A stretch of 64,000 nt of DNA from an uncultured bacterium. Its GTDB lineage: Bacteria; Hydrothermota; E44-bin80. The DNA lies in contig CAYMQB010000003.1 in the NCBI GenBank assembly GCA_964392665.1, positions 21,176-85,175 on the forward strand. The letters run 5' to 3'. Shown here one piece after another: positions 25,057-36,500 of this stretch. A program made the translations under genes and the position numbers. Within the stretch, counting starts at the first letter, position 1. Every line of letters starts with the position of its first letter. Below the pieces are notes generated by a model. That model did not search any database. It was given only the letters and a program-made list of their open reading frames with translations, and was not told the origin of the DNA.

Positions 25057-28000
25057 AGCTATGTTTTTCCCTACGGTGCTCTATCATAGTATAGAGTGTG
25101 GGAATAAAGACAAGCGTTAGGAATGTTGCTACTATAAGTCCCCCGATGACTGCGCGAGCCATCGGTGCCCTTAGTTCATTTCCAGAACCCAGACCGAGTG
25201 CCATAGGTATCAGACCGAAACTCGTCGTGAAAGCAGTCATAAGAATAGGTCGCATCCTTATTCTGCCTGCCTGTATCACCGCTTCCTTAAGCGGCATATT
25301 CTGTTTTCTCCGCAGCTGGTTCGCATAATCTATGTAAACGATAGCATTATTTACCACAATACCCCCCAAAAGCAAGATTCCGATCAAACTCTGCGTGTTG
25401 ATGGTCGTTCCCGTAAAGAAGAGCATCCAGAGGACACCTATCAGCGCGAGAGGAACCGTGAACATTATAATAAACGGTTCCTTGAATGATTCGAACTGTC
25501 CTACCATAATCATATAAACCAGAATGAGCGCAACAAAGATTACAAAACGCATATCGGTAAAGGATTGCTGCATTTCCTCAAACCCTCCGCTCAATTCAAG
25601 TTCGAAATCGGCAGGTATTACTGTTTTATCAAGCACCTTCTGAACATCCTTAGCAACACTTCCCTGGTCCCTACCTTCGATATTGGCGTTAATTTTTACC
25701 ACACGGAAATTGTCTTCATGCTCTATGACTACAGGACCAATCGCGACAGTGTCTCTTACGAAGTTCTGTAATGGGACTTCCCCCATAGGTGTCGTAATAG
25801 TCATAGACCTGATTTTCGATAAGCTATTACGGAACTCTTTGTCAGCCATAATGCGAATATCATACTCTTTACCTTGTTCCCGGTACTGGGTTGCAACAAC
25901 CCCTTCTATACGCTGACGAAGTACTGATCCGATGGCATAAGGTGTGAGACCAAATTGTGCTGCCTTCTGTCGGTCAATTATGAGACGATACTCAGGTTTC
26001 CCTTCCCCAAGTGAGGATTCGAGATCCACCAGTCCTTTCACGTATTTCAGTTTCTTCATAAGCTCTCTGGAGATTCCTCTTGCCTTATCTATATCGTATC
26101 CGATAATTTTTACCACAATGGGACTGCCACCGAAGAACTCCTCCATCCCTCCGCCACTGAAGTAAACCTTAAGTCCGGGAATTCCAACGACCTTCGGCCT
26201 CAAGTCTCGCATAATATCCCTATCCGAGCGCTTACGCTTTTCACTGCTGACAAGTTCCGTATACAGCTGTGCTGCGTGTGGTCCGCTCGTACCCATAAAG
26301 AGTGACATAATCCCGCTTCCCGCACCTATCGATGTCGCGAGGATATCTATTTCAGGGACCTCATTCACAACGATCTCTTCCAATTGCCGTACTGCTTTGT
26401 TGGTAGTCTCGAGATTTGTGCCGATGGGCATCTCTGCCCTTATCTGTATTTCTCCCTGGTCAGTCACCGGGCTCATCTCTGCACCGATGAAGGGAAAGAG
26501 AAAAAGGCTTAGTATGAAAATCGCAAGTGTACCGAAAAAGATAGCTGCACGATGATTCAGTGCCCACCCTATGAGTCCGGTATAGCGTTCCTCGATTCTT
26601 TCATAGAAACCCCTGAAGTTTTTCCCTACAGCTCTTCTTTGCCCATCGTACTTCCTTATGTGCAGGAACTTTGAGGTCAACATTGGGACAATCGTCAGGG
26701 CAACGAGCAGTGATGCGAGGAGGGCAAACGTTACAGTGAGAGCAAGTTCCTTGAAGAAGAACGAGGCGAAACCGGAAACCAGCAGAAGCGGTAAGAAGAC
26801 TGCAACGGTAGTGAAAGTTGATGCGGTAATGGCGGTACCTACCTCTTGAGCACCAATACTTGCGGCGCTTTCACCACTCTCCCCTTTTTCCCGGTGCCGG
26901 AATATCGCTTCGAATACCACAATTGCCGAATCGAGCACCATCCCTATTGCCACCGTTAATCCTCCAAGAGATATTATATTGAGACTCATATTAAACAGAT
27001 ACATAAGTAAAAGAGCAAAGAAGACCGTTATGGGTATAGCAACAGCTACGTACAAGGTATAGCGTATATTTCCCATGAAGAGAAAAAGAATAATAATAGC
27101 AAGAACGCCTCCGATTATAAGTGTAGTAAAGGTACTCTTCACAGAGTCAATGATGAAGTTCGCCGAGTTGAATACAATGTCAATTTCCACACCAGGCGGC
27201 AAGCTTTCCTGTATCTCGTCGAGTTTAGCGATTACACCGTTACAAACCTGTACCGTATTGGCATCCGTTCTTTTCTGGACAAATCCCCAGATAGATTTGA
27301 TGCCGTTTGTGCGCGAAATATTTTTCTGCTCGGGTATGCGAGCTTCGACATCGGCAATATGTGAAAGAAGGATTGGAATACCGGTGTTGCTATAACCAAC
27401 CACAGTATTCCGGATGTCTTCAAGGTCATCATACTGTCCTATTGTCTTAAGGATAAATACCTTTTTCCCTTCTTCTATATTCCCGAGCGGGTAGTTCACA
27501 TTCTGTGCTTGCAGCATACCCATAACCTGTTCAGGTATAATACCAGTTCCCCGCATACGGATGGGATCCAGCTTAATCTGTATCTCTTTCTTTGCTTCAC
27601 TCACATTGAATGATCCCGCCACTCCACTAACACGCTGCAGTCTATCGCTGATATCATCATTGATCTCGTTCATTTCCATTTCGTCTATTTCACCGAGGAG
27701 ATTGTACATAACAACCGGTTGCTGGGAGACATCGAACTTGAAAATTAATGGATTTTCGGCAGCGTCTGGTAAATAGGGCATAACAATACCTAATTTGTCC
27801 CTAACATCGTTCGCAGCAGCATCGACATCGGTGCCCCATTCGAGTTCAAGCATAATCATAGAGCTATTCTCCGAGGTTGTCGAGGTTATCCTTTTGAGAT
27901 TATTCACCGAGCCCAGTGCCCGTTCAAGCCCTTCGGTAATCTCTGATTCTATCTCCTCTGGTCCGGCACCAGGGTAGACCGTAGAAACAGCCATCATAGG

Positions 28001-28126
28001 AAGACTTATGTTTGGCAAGAAATTCAATGGCAATTTGGTCAACGAAATTGCGCCAAACAAAACCATTGCAAGAAAAACCATAGAAATCGCCAAAGGACGG
28101 CTTATTGATACATCAGTAATCTTCAT
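25046..28126 (-). CDS. RND efflux transporter permease (AcrB/HAE1 family)
   Basis: 1026 aa with 12-TM architecture and two large periplasmic loops. The N-terminus (LAISMVFLAMVLFGAISLTKLPLNFLP) is typical of AcrB. Confidence 0.9.
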   Translation of the reverse strand: MKITDVSISRPLAISMVFLAMVLFGAISLTKLPLNFLPNISLPMMAVSTVYPGAGPEEIESEITEGLERALGSVNNLKRITSTTSENSSMIMLELEWGTDVDAAANDVRDKLGIVMPYLPDAAENPLIFKFDVSQQPVVMYNLLGEIDEMEMNEINDDISDRLQRVSGVAGSFNVSEAKKEIQIKLDPIRMRGTGIIPEQVMGMLQAQNVNYPLGNIEEGKKVFILKTIGQYDDLEDIRNTVVGYSNTGIPILLSHIADVEARIPEQKNISRTNGIKSIWGFVQKRTDANTVQVCNGVIAKLDEIQESLPPGVEIDIVFNSANFIIDSVKSTFTTLIIGGVLAIIILFLFMGNIRYTLYVAVAIPITVFFALLLMYLFNMSLNIISLGGLTVAIGMVLDSAIVVFEAIFRHREKGESGESAASIGAQEVGTAITASTFTTVAVFLPLLLVSGFASFFFKELALTVTFALLASLLVALTIVPMLTSKFLHIRKYDGQRRAVGKNFRGFYERIEERYTGLIGWALNHRAAIFFGTLAIFILSLFLFPFIGAEMSPVTDQGEIQIRAEMPIGTNLETTNKAVRQLEEIVVNEVPEIDILATSIGAGSGIMSLFMGTSGPHAAQLYTELVSSEKRKRSDRDIMRDLRPKVVGIPGLKVYFSGGGMEEFFGGSPIVVKIIGYDIDKARGISRELMKKLKYVKGLVDLESSLGEGKPEYRLIIDRQKAAQFGLTPYAIGSVLRQRIEGVVATQYREQGKEYDIRIMADKEFRNSLSKIRSMTITTPMGEVPLQNFVRDTVAIGPVVIEHEDNFRVVKINANIEGRDQGSVAKDVQKVLDKTVIPADFELELSGGFEEMQQSFTDMRFVIFVALILVYMIMVGQFESFKEPFIIMFTVPLALIGVLWMLFFTGTTINTQSLIGILLLGGIVVNNAIVYIDYANQLRRKQNMPLKEAVIQAGRIRMRPILMTAFTTSFGLIPMALGLGSGNELRAPMARAVIGGLIVATFLTLVFIPTLYTMIEHRREKHSSNK

Positions 28127-28161
28127 AATTTACTCCAATTATTTATTTCCAAATATCATTG

Positions 28162-29052
28162 CTATTCTTCCAATTTTCTCACAATGGGGTTAACCTTTTC
28201 GCCTCCAGCAAGACGCTCCTGTCCTACCACGATTAGCTTCTCATCCTGCTCCAGACCACTTGTTATCTCAATATACTCATCACCAATAATACCCATTTCA
28301 ACTGTACGTTTATTTGCTACGCTGTCTTCAACCACGAATACGAATCCTTCCCGGTATGCATCCTTTGGTACAACAATTACATCAGTTTTTTCTCCCAAAC
28401 TAACACTAACTCTTGCGGTCATTCCAGGTTTTAACAACTTTCTGGAATTATTCACTTCACCCTTTATACTCACCGTTCTTGTTCCGGGGTCGATAACAGG
28501 ACTTATTTCTGATATCTTGGCAAGGAATGTTTTATCGGGCAAACCATCGACTTTAACCGAAACAGAGTTGTTTTTTTCGATACACCCTATATTTGTTTCT
28601 GCGATATTGAACGATACCTTAACCGTTGAATAATCCAGCACCCTTGCCACGGGCATCTGCGGACTAACTATCGAACCCAGATCAACCATTATGGACGCTA
28701 CACTTCCGGAAATGGGAGATGTGATGAAACCCTCTTCGTATTCGAAACCGATTGTTTCATTTCTTATACCCATTAACCTGCTGTTCTTGTATACGGTACT
28801 TCCCTCCTTAACCAGGATGCGGGTTATACGCCCCATCGTTTCGGGAAAAACCTGTGCTATCTTCTTTGCTGAAATGGAACCTAGAACCTCGCAGGTATTA
28901 GACACATTGCCCTTTGCAACGAGCATTACCTCGACAGGAAGCGAGGGTTTTTCCACCTCTTCTGTTCTGTTTCGTCGTGTAGACTGTATTCGCAAAAAGA
29001 CCAGAATAAGCAATACAATAATTATAACCGCGATAATAAAAGCCTTACGCAT
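28162..29052 (-). CDS. RND efflux periplasmic adaptor (membrane fusion protein, HlyD family)
   Basis: N-terminal TM anchor followed by lipoyl/beta-barrel-like repeats. Sits between the TolC-like and RND genes. Confidence 0.85.
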   Translation of the reverse strand: MRKAFIIAVIIIVLLILVFLRIQSTRRNRTEEVEKPSLPVEVMLVAKGNVSNTCEVLGSISAKKIAQVFPETMGRITRILVKEGSTVYKNSRLMGIRNETIGFEYEEGFITSPISGSVASIMVDLGSIVSPQMPVARVLDYSTVKVSFNIAETNIGCIEKNNSVSVKVDGLPDKTFLAKISEISPVIDPGTRTVSIKGEVNNSRKLLKPGMTARVSVSLGEKTDVIVVPKDAYREGFVFVVEDSVANKRTVEMGIIGDEYIEITSGLEQDEKLIVVGQERLAGGEKVNPIVRKLEE

Positions 29053-30327
29053 CTATTCCTCCTCTTTTCCAATCGCTTTCAGCAACGATACCCGTGCCGA
29101 GTGGTAGTTTCTCAATGCAGACAGATATCCCATTTTCGCCTGCATCTGGGCAAGTTGTGTATCGAGGTACTCAAGATTGGTTACCAGACCGCTGCTGTAT
29201 CTTTTTTCTATGATTGAGAAAGCTTTTTGTGCCTGGTCGACATTCTCCCGGGCTGCAGATATGCCTTCCTGGGCAGCATTTACATTAAGGAATGCTTGTT
29301 TCACTTCAAACTGAATTGCCTTTTTGAGATTCTCTTCTGCCAGCTCGGCTTCTCTCAAAGCAAGCAGCGCTTCCTCATATCTGTTCCGCGTCTTAAAGCC
29401 ACTGAATATGTTAAACTGGACTCCAATATTGAATGTTAGATTTGAGCCCCAGTCGTCCCCGCCTAAACTGAAAGGTTTTTTTCGCTCATAGGTTGCTCCT
29501 CCAACTATTGCCGGAAGGATAATTTTGCGTGCAATGCTACGACCCTTTTCGGCGATTCTTTGTATATTCTTCATATTTACGATTTCGACTCTGTAGCTCA
29601 TTGCATGTTCAAGCAATTCATCGACATCGAATGTTTCGTGTTTTTCCTCGATTGTTCCCTCCATGATGAGTTCCTTCTCAAGTTCCATTCCGAGTAGCAG
29701 CTTGAAACCTTCTTTGGCAAGATTGAGCGCATTCTCGGTTATGATAACCTGCTGTTTCATATTTGCAATCTGAGACCGCGAACGAAGCAGTTCATACTGA
29801 GGGAGAAGTCCGGCTTTGTATCTTTTTGTCACTGAAATTTCATGTTTTTTGAGCTGATTGAGGCTCTCGAACGAAAGTTCTGTCATTTTTTCGAGGATAA
29901 GTAATCCGCAGAAAGCATCTGTTACTGCGTAGCGAACTTCTTGTTGTTTTCTCTTTATCTTTAGTTCTGCCATTTCTCGCAAAATGTCAGCGATTTTGTA
30001 AGCATCATATAATTTGCCCCATGCAAATAATACCTGGTTTAAGGACACAGATACACTGTAGTTTTTATGCTGTCCCATCGGAATTTGTGTTCCACCAAAA
30101 TCAAGAACCGGAACATCACTTAGATAGGCAAAGTAACTGCTCATTGATAACGATGGATAGTATTCTGCAATTGCATCGTTTACCCTTATGTCGGCTTTTT
30201 TCGCATCTATTTGTAATTGCTCTATCTCCGGGTTATGCTTCAATCCGTAGTTAATTGATTTGTTAAGAGTTAGTTGAACGGTGTCAACCGGAGTAATCCC
30301 AAAGAGGAGCATTAGTAGAAAGAACAT
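29053..30327 (-). CDS. TolC family outer-membrane efflux protein
   Basis: Signal peptide, two coiled-coil/beta repeat halves, and a C-terminus typical of the OEP family. Its stop abuts the MFP start. Confidence 0.8.
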   Translation of the reverse strand: MFFLLMLLFGITPVDTVQLTLNKSINYGLKHNPEIEQLQIDAKKADIRVNDAIAEYYPSLSMSSYFAYLSDVPVLDFGGTQIPMGQHKNYSVSVSLNQVLFAWGKLYDAYKIADILREMAELKIKRKQQEVRYAVTDAFCGLLILEKMTELSFESLNQLKKHEISVTKRYKAGLLPQYELLRSRSQIANMKQQVIITENALNLAKEGFKLLLGMELEKELIMEGTIEEKHETFDVDELLEHAMSYRVEIVNMKNIQRIAEKGRSIARKIILPAIVGGATYERKKPFSLGGDDWGSNLTFNIGVQFNIFSGFKTRNRYEEALLALREAELAEENLKKAIQFEVKQAFLNVNAAQEGISAARENVDQAQKAFSIIEKRYSSGLVTNLEYLDTQLAQMQAKMGYLSALRNYHSARVSLLKAIGKEEE

Positions 30328-30350
30328 TTAACCTCCTAAATAAGTCAATA

Positions 30351-30938
30351 TTATTTTAGAACGAATACTAAACCGAGCCCATTTTCCCATATCTTTTCAT
30401 CCTTATCAGAAAAGCCATATCTGTAAATGTCAGAACTCGCTATATAGTTGTAGCGAGACGAGAAGGCAAGGGCAAAAAATCTGTTTATTCTGGATTGAAC
30501 GGTGAATCCACCCACAAAGCCAAAATCCTTTTCGTTCATCTTCGTATCGCCTGGCAGAGTTATTACCTTATTATTGCGTAATCCTTTCCATAGATATATT
30601 CCGAATCCCGTTTCCATTGATATTTCGAGCCATTGGGATTCAATAAAAGGTAAAAGGTCAAAAGTGGAAACAAGTGTCACAGGAGTATATTTATAGGAAG
30701 TTAAGTTATCTTTATTGTCGGTAAATGCAATTTGCGAACCTCGGAGCTTTATTCCAATATGGGGGATAAGATTGGTTATCTCGATTTCGGCAGCCGGGTT
30801 GAATTTTTGAATAGGATTTTCATCATCCAAGTACAAAAGGTCAGAGGAATAATGGATGCCAAATGAGAAACCAGTACCCGATACGGAATTGGACAAAAAA
30901 AACAAGAGGAATACAGCGGACAAGAGATTACGAATCAT
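30351..30938 (-). CDS. hypothetical outer-membrane beta-barrel protein, first gene of RND operon 1
   Basis: Signal peptide (LLSAVFLLFFLSNSVSG) followed by an alternating hydrophobic pattern. 195 aa. No family recognised. Confidence 0.4.
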   Translation of the reverse strand: MIRNLLSAVFLLFFLSNSVSGTGFSFGIHYSSDLLYLDDENPIQKFNPAAEIEITNLIPHIGIKLRGSQIAFTDNKDNLTSYKYTPVTLVSTFDLLPFIESQWLEISMETGFGIYLWKGLRNNKVITLPGDTKMNEKDFGFVGGFTVQSRINRFFALAFSSRYNYIASSDIYRYGFSDKDEKIWENGLGLVFVLK

Positions 30939-31082
30939 TAAACCTCCATTTTTTTAAAATGTTTCCAGAAACTTTAATGTAAAGCACATATTGAGTCACT
31001 TACTGCCTAAGCGCAAACTCCAGGAATGTTTCCAATACTGCCCCGCTTTTCTTAACGGATGGAACATTAAAAGTAACTATGC

Positions 31083-31111
31083 ACTATAATACAGAAATCG
31101 ACTTTTTGCAA
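31083..31111 (-). promoter_or_regulatory. candidate sigma-70 promoter (TTGCAA-17-TATAGT) for the OMP-tolC-mfp-rnd operon 1
   Basis: Minus strand: TTGCAA at 31106..31111, 17-nt spacer, TATAGT at 31083..31088. Leader of about 140 nt. Confidence 0.35.
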
Positions 31112-31147
31112 GGTTTTTTTAAAAAAAGCTTATTTTTCATATTTTAC

Positions 31148-31176
31148 TTGACAAATAGAATAATTCATAGTATATT
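31148..31176 (+). promoter_or_regulatory. candidate sigma-70 promoter (TTGACA-17-TATATT) for the tolC-mfp-rnd-marR operon 2
   Basis: TTGACA at 31148..31153, 17-nt spacer, TATATT at 31171..31176. Confidence 0.4.
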
Positions 31177-31193
31177 ATTTCAATATTGAAATA
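31176..31193. promoter_or_regulatory. perfect 18-bp palindrome TATTTCAATATTGAAATA overlapping the -10/TSS; candidate MarR operator
   Basis: The 9+9 inverted repeat is exact. It begins at the last base of the -10 hexamer. A MarR-family gene is the last gene of the same operon. Confidence 0.4.
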
Positions 31194-31242
31194 ATAAGAA
31201 GTGTAGTAATAATAATGAAAGAGAACTGGAAAAGGAGGAATA

Positions 31243-32637
31243 ATGAGAATTGGAGTAGCAATGTTAATCAGTATATTCTCTCTTCCGTTATTGCTAAAAG
31301 GTGAAGAAGCGATTGTAAAGTCCGACACAGTTTCCTTCACCCTTGAAGTGGCTTTGGAATGGGCTGTCAAGCATAACGAGGGCATTCTTGCAGAAAGGTC
31401 GAAAGTAAAAGAAGCGGAAAATGGGATAGGTGTTGCAAGAGCAGGTTTTTTCCCGAAGATAAATGGTCAATTAAGTTACACAAGGCTTGCAGAGATGGCT
31501 TCCATTTCAATGGAAGCGCCCGTATACGGAACTATGCAGGTTCCTGTATTCAATCCTTTTGGAGATACAATAGGTTTCACTTTTGTTCCGGGTGTAGTTG
31601 GTGCCGACACAATCGAATTTTCGATGGGTAGTGATGAAAATTATCTTGTGAGAGCCTCTCTAAGGCAACCTATCTTTACATTTGGGAAGTTACTGGATGC
31701 GTACAACATAGCAAAACTCAATTTTGAAGCTGCCGAACAGGATTGCAGGAAGAGCGAAAACGACCTGATATTGGGTGTCAAGAAAGCTTTTTATGGGATT
31801 TTAATATTAAAGGAGTTGGTTGAAGTGAGCGATGAATCATATAAACAAACGAAGAGACACATTGAAGCGGTGAAAAAACGATATGAAGTTGGGTTGTCTT
31901 CGGATTTTGACCTCTTGCGGGCAGAGGTGCAGCTGAAGAATATGGAGCCAAATCTTGCGAAAGCAAGAAATGGGTATAACCTTGCCCAAAAAGGATTCAA
32001 AACAATGATTGGTTTGCCACAGGATTCACATATTGCTGTTGTAGGGAAACTAACATATGAGCCTATTGAAGTAAATCTCGAAACTTTAGTTCTTGAAGCC
32101 AAGGTTCATAGACCCGAACTTCTTGCACTATCCTTAAGGAAAAAAATAACAGAAAAAGCTCAGTCCATTGCCAGCAAGGCTAATCTGCCAAATTTGGCTC
32201 TGATTGCAAATTATGATTATAAGAAACCTGTTTATTTTAGCAATGAATGGGGAAAAGATTGGAGTGTCACAGTTGCACTGCAAATGCCCATTTTTACAGG
32301 GTTTGAGAATACGGAGAGGAAGTACCAGGCAAGGGAAAAAACGAGGCAGGTAAATCATTATCTCAAACTACTTGGAGAAAACATCGAATTGGACGTGAGA
32401 AGTGCATGTTTGAAATTGAGAGAGGCAGGAAAACTCGTTGAATCGCAAGAAGAAAATGTGAAACAGGCTATGAAGGCTGAGCAAATCGTTGAGAGGAGAT
32501 TTGAGCAGGGACTTGCCACCAATCTTGAAGTCATGGATACGGAACTTGCTCTTCTCGCTGCAAAAACGAATTATTTGAGAGCATTGTCTGACTACTTGAT
32601 ATCAAAGGCTGAGCTTTATAGAGCAGTTGGAAAATAA
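31243..32637 (+). CDS. TolC family outer-membrane efflux protein
   Basis: Signal peptide and OEP-family two-repeat architecture. SD AAAAGGAGG. Confidence 0.8.
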   Translation: MRIGVAMLISIFSLPLLLKGEEAIVKSDTVSFTLEVALEWAVKHNEGILAERSKVKEAENGIGVARAGFFPKINGQLSYTRLAEMASISMEAPVYGTMQVPVFNPFGDTIGFTFVPGVVGADTIEFSMGSDENYLVRASLRQPIFTFGKLLDAYNIAKLNFEAAEQDCRKSENDLILGVKKAFYGILILKELVEVSDESYKQTKRHIEAVKKRYEVGLSSDFDLLRAEVQLKNMEPNLAKARNGYNLAQKGFKTMIGLPQDSHIAVVGKLTYEPIEVNLETLVLEAKVHRPELLALSLRKKITEKAQSIASKANLPNLALIANYDYKKPVYFSNEWGKDWSVTVALQMPIFTGFENTERKYQAREKTRQVNHYLKLLGENIELDVRSACLKLREAGKLVESQEENVKQAMKAEQIVERRFEQGLATNLEVMDTELALLAAKTNYLRALSDYLISKAELYRAVGK

Positions 32638-32658
32638 ACCAAAGGAACAGGAGCGAAA

Positions 32659-33576
32659 ATGAAAAAGGGGATTTTCTGGACTATTATAATAGTCATTATT
32701 GGTTTAGTCGTTTGGCGGGTAGTGCAGCACGAAGTATTGAAAGGCAGAAAACAAGTGGAAGTGAGTGTACAAACCGATGTAGTTGTAGAGAAAGCAACAA
32801 GGGATGTCATTACTGACGAGATGTCATACGCCGGGAATATTGTGGGAATTGAACAGGTAAATGTTTATCCGATGGAAGAAACTGGCAGGCTCATAAGGTA
32901 TCTTGTTAAAGAAGGCGATAAGGTTAGCAAGGGAAGAGTTATTGCAATTGTTGACAGGTCCATAAAAGGGCTCAACTATAAACCTGCGCAGATTAGTGTA
33001 CCTATTTCAGGAATTGTTGGAATACTATTTCTTGATAAAGGCGCTATGGTGGCACCACAGATACCTCTTGCAATGATTGCGAATATTGATAGGGTGAAAG
33101 TAGAGATTCAAATATCGGAAGTGGAGCTGAGGATAATAAAGGAAGGTCAGAATGCGAGGGTTAGGGTCGATTTTTATCCAGAGAATACCTTTTCGGGAAT
33201 TATTACAGAAATAACTCCCGTGGTCAATCCATTGAGCAGAACAGCGAAGGGAGAGATTGTTATCGACAATCCAGAACATTTGCTTAAACCGGGAATGCTT
33301 GCAAGAGTTCGATTGATTGTTGCGAAGCACAGGGATGTGATAGTAGTCCCTGAAAAGGCTGTACTCGTAAGAAATGACAGAGAGATTGTTTTTACGAAGA
33401 GGGGTGATATAGCAAAGAAGAAGGATGTAAAGACTGGAATAAAGAACAATGATATGATAGAAGTTGTAGAGGGATTAAATGATGGTGAAGAGGTGATTGT
33501 GAGTGGAAACTATGGTTTGCGTGATGGTGCAAAGATTCGTGTCAAAAAGAACAATAGACTGGGGGGACAGCAATGA
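32659..33576 (+). CDS. RND efflux periplasmic adaptor (membrane fusion protein)
   Basis: N-terminal TM and HlyD-like domains. Its stop overlaps the RND start. Confidence 0.85.
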   Translation: MKKGIFWTIIIVIIGLVVWRVVQHEVLKGRKQVEVSVQTDVVVEKATRDVITDEMSYAGNIVGIEQVNVYPMEETGRLIRYLVKEGDKVSKGRVIAIVDRSIKGLNYKPAQISVPISGIVGILFLDKGAMVAPQIPLAMIANIDRVKVEIQISEVELRIIKEGQNARVRVDFYPENTFSGIITEITPVVNPLSRTAKGEIVIDNPEHLLKPGMLARVRLIVAKHRDVIVVPEKAVLVRNDREIVFTKRGDIAKKKDVKTGIKNNDMIEVVEGLNDGEEVIVSGNYGLRDGAKIRVKKNNRLGGQQ

Positions 33577-36500
33577 ACTTGCCGCAATTTTCTGTCAAGA
33601 GGTCCGTCACAGTTTTGATGCTTATTTTGATTATTGCTATTTTTGGTATGATTTCGTTTACCCGTTTGGGTGTGGAACTTATGCCGGATATTACATTTCC
33701 CACCGTATCCATAATTACAAAAGATACAGGTGTAGCACCGGAAGACATAGAAACTATGATAACAAAACCCATCGAAGGTGTTGTTTCGACAGTTAAGAAT
33801 GTGAAGAAAGTCTCTTCGATTTCGAAAGAGGGAATTTCAGTTGTAATGGTTGAACTTGAATGGGGTTCCAATATCGATTTCATAACACAGGACATAAGGG
33901 AGGCTATCGATATTGTGAAGGACTATCTTCCCGAAGATGCTTCCAAACCAATGATTGTGAAAACTGACCCTTCTATGATGCCTATCATTGAGTTATCTGT
34001 AACTGGAAATAAAGACCCCATTGAACTCAGAAACATTGCTAAAGATATTAAAGATAGGCTGGAACAAGTTCGTGGAATTGCAAATGTTACGCTTATGGGG
34101 GGTGCAGAAAGAGAAATCCAGGTAAAAGTTGACAGAGAAAGAATGAAATTCTACAATATTTCTCTCAACCAGATTATTCAAATTCTTGCCTTCGAGAATC
34201 TCAACCTGCCAGGAGGAAACATTCAGGAAGGATACAATGATTTTCTTGTCAGGACTTTAGGTGAGTTCGGAGGTGTAGATGAGATTGGCAATATTGTAAT
34301 TGGAGCAAGGGATAATATACCGATACACTTGAAGGACGTTGCTCTAATTAAAGATGAAATGAAAGATATGCGCTCTTTTGGAAGAACGAATAAGAGGAGG
34401 TCGGTTATTCTTCTATGTAGTAAGTCGTCAGGTGTCAATACAGTCAGGGCAGCGAACAACCTGAAAAGCGAGGTTGAGAGACTCGAGGGAATTCTTCCAG
34501 AAGACATAGAAATTGGTAATGTGTTTGATCAGGGGAAAACTACTACAGATGTTGTTTCTTCAACTGTTAATAGTGCCCTGTGGGGTTCTTTGTTGGCAAT
34601 ACTCTCCCTTCTGCTTTTTTTCCGCAACTGGAGACCGACGCTGGTGATTGCATTTTCCATACCCCTTTCCATTCTTGCCACATTTATTGCAATGCACATT
34701 GCTGGATTCACATTCAATATTATGACGATTGGCGGATTTGCCCTTGGCGTGGGAATGCTTCTTTCCAATGCTATTATTGTGATTGAAAATATTTTTAGGC
34801 ATCTTGAAGAAGGAGAAGGACGCGAGAAGGCATCCATCTCAGGAACAACGGAAGTACTCAAAGCAATACTCGGTTCCACTCTGACAACCGTTGTTGTATT
34901 TCTCCCTCTTATATATGCAAGTGGGATAGCAGGACAACTTTCCAGAGGGCTTGCTCTTACTATAGCTTTTTCTCTTCTTGCTTCGTTGCTGGTTGCTTTT
35001 ACAATAGTACCTATGCTCGCATCGAGAATATTCGTCAAGAGAAAAAAGAAAAAAGAGTATGAGGCACATTTTGGCGAAAGATTTTTCGAAGGATTTAATA
35101 GAGGATATAAGAGTGTTTTAACATATACTTTGGAGCACAGAAAGAGAATTGGACTTATTACTCTTGTTGTTTTTGTTGTTTCGTTGTTTTTGTTGCTTTT
35201 TGTTGGGAAGGAGTTCATTCCGGGAATGGATTCTTCGATGTTTAGTGTAAATATAGCGATGCCTGTTGGCACATCACTCGATGAGACCGAGCAGGTTATG
35301 AAACAGCTTGAAGACATAGTACTTTCCCAACCTGAGGTAAAGCTTGTTTCCTCATTTGGGGGCGAATCTGAAATGGGTCAGGCATCCTTTTTTATGGGGG
35401 GAACAGAATCTGTAAACGAGGGGCAACTGATGGTGAGACTTAAGGATAAACGGAGACGTTCGGAGGTAGAAATAAAAGATGCTATAAGAAAAAAAATTCC
35501 ACATATTGAAGGAGCAAAAATAGAATTTCCCGATATGTCTCAAAGTATTATGGGTTCAGGGGAAGCGCCAATTGAGATAAAGATTTTTGGTCCAGACCTA
35601 TCTGTTCTCGACACGCTTTCTGCGAAAATCGTAAAAGCAATTGAGAATACAAATGGTATCAAAGATATAGATAGAAGTTTAGGGAAAGGAAAACCAGAAA
35701 TAGTTATTCGTGTGGATAGACAGGCAGCGTCAAGAGTTGGACTTACAGCGGGGCAGATAGCAACTCAGGTCGAAGTAGCTTTGAAAGGAAAGGTCGCAAC
35801 CAAGTATAAAGAAAAGGGCGAGGAATATGATTTAAGGGTTCAATTAAGAGCAACTGATCGAAAAACGCGTTCCGATATTGGAAATATTGGTATCCTAACC
35901 TCTCTTGGCACAACTATTTCCGTCAAGAATGTTGCGAAGATTATAGAATCAAAAGGGTCCGTGAAACTCTTAAGGGAAAATCAGAAGAGAAAGGTTACGG
36001 TTTCGGCTGCTTTCATGGGAAGAGATCTGGGTAGTATAATGGCGGATATTAAACAACAGGTTTCAGGAATCAGCAAAGCCGATGATTACTTTATTGATTA
36101 TGGTGGGGAGGCGGAGAGTATGCAGGAAACTTTTAAATCACTTGGAATAACACTACTTCTGGCGATTCTTGTTGTTTATATGATTATGGCAGCAGTCTTT
36201 GAATCGCTAACTCATCCATTTGTCGTGATGTTTACCCTTCCTTTTGCAGCTGTTGGAGTTATTCTAATTCTACTCATCACGAATATATCGCTTTCACTCA
36301 CTTCGCTCCTGGGGGTGATAATTCTGGTTGGTGTTATAGTAAATGCAGGTATAGTTTTGGTGGATTACATAAACCAACTGCGGAAAGGTGGGATGAAAAG
36401 GGATGAAGCAATTATACAGGGTGGTATGATTAAACTGAGGACGGTTATATTGATAAATTTAACTACTGTACTTGGACTTCTTCCAATGGCATTGACAAGA

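Noticed and set aside
34529-35317. 262-aa antisense ORF inside the RND permease gene
   Set aside because: Lies entirely on the opposite strand of a confidently called 1025-aa RND gene. Composition reflects the reverse complement of membrane-protein codons. No start context.
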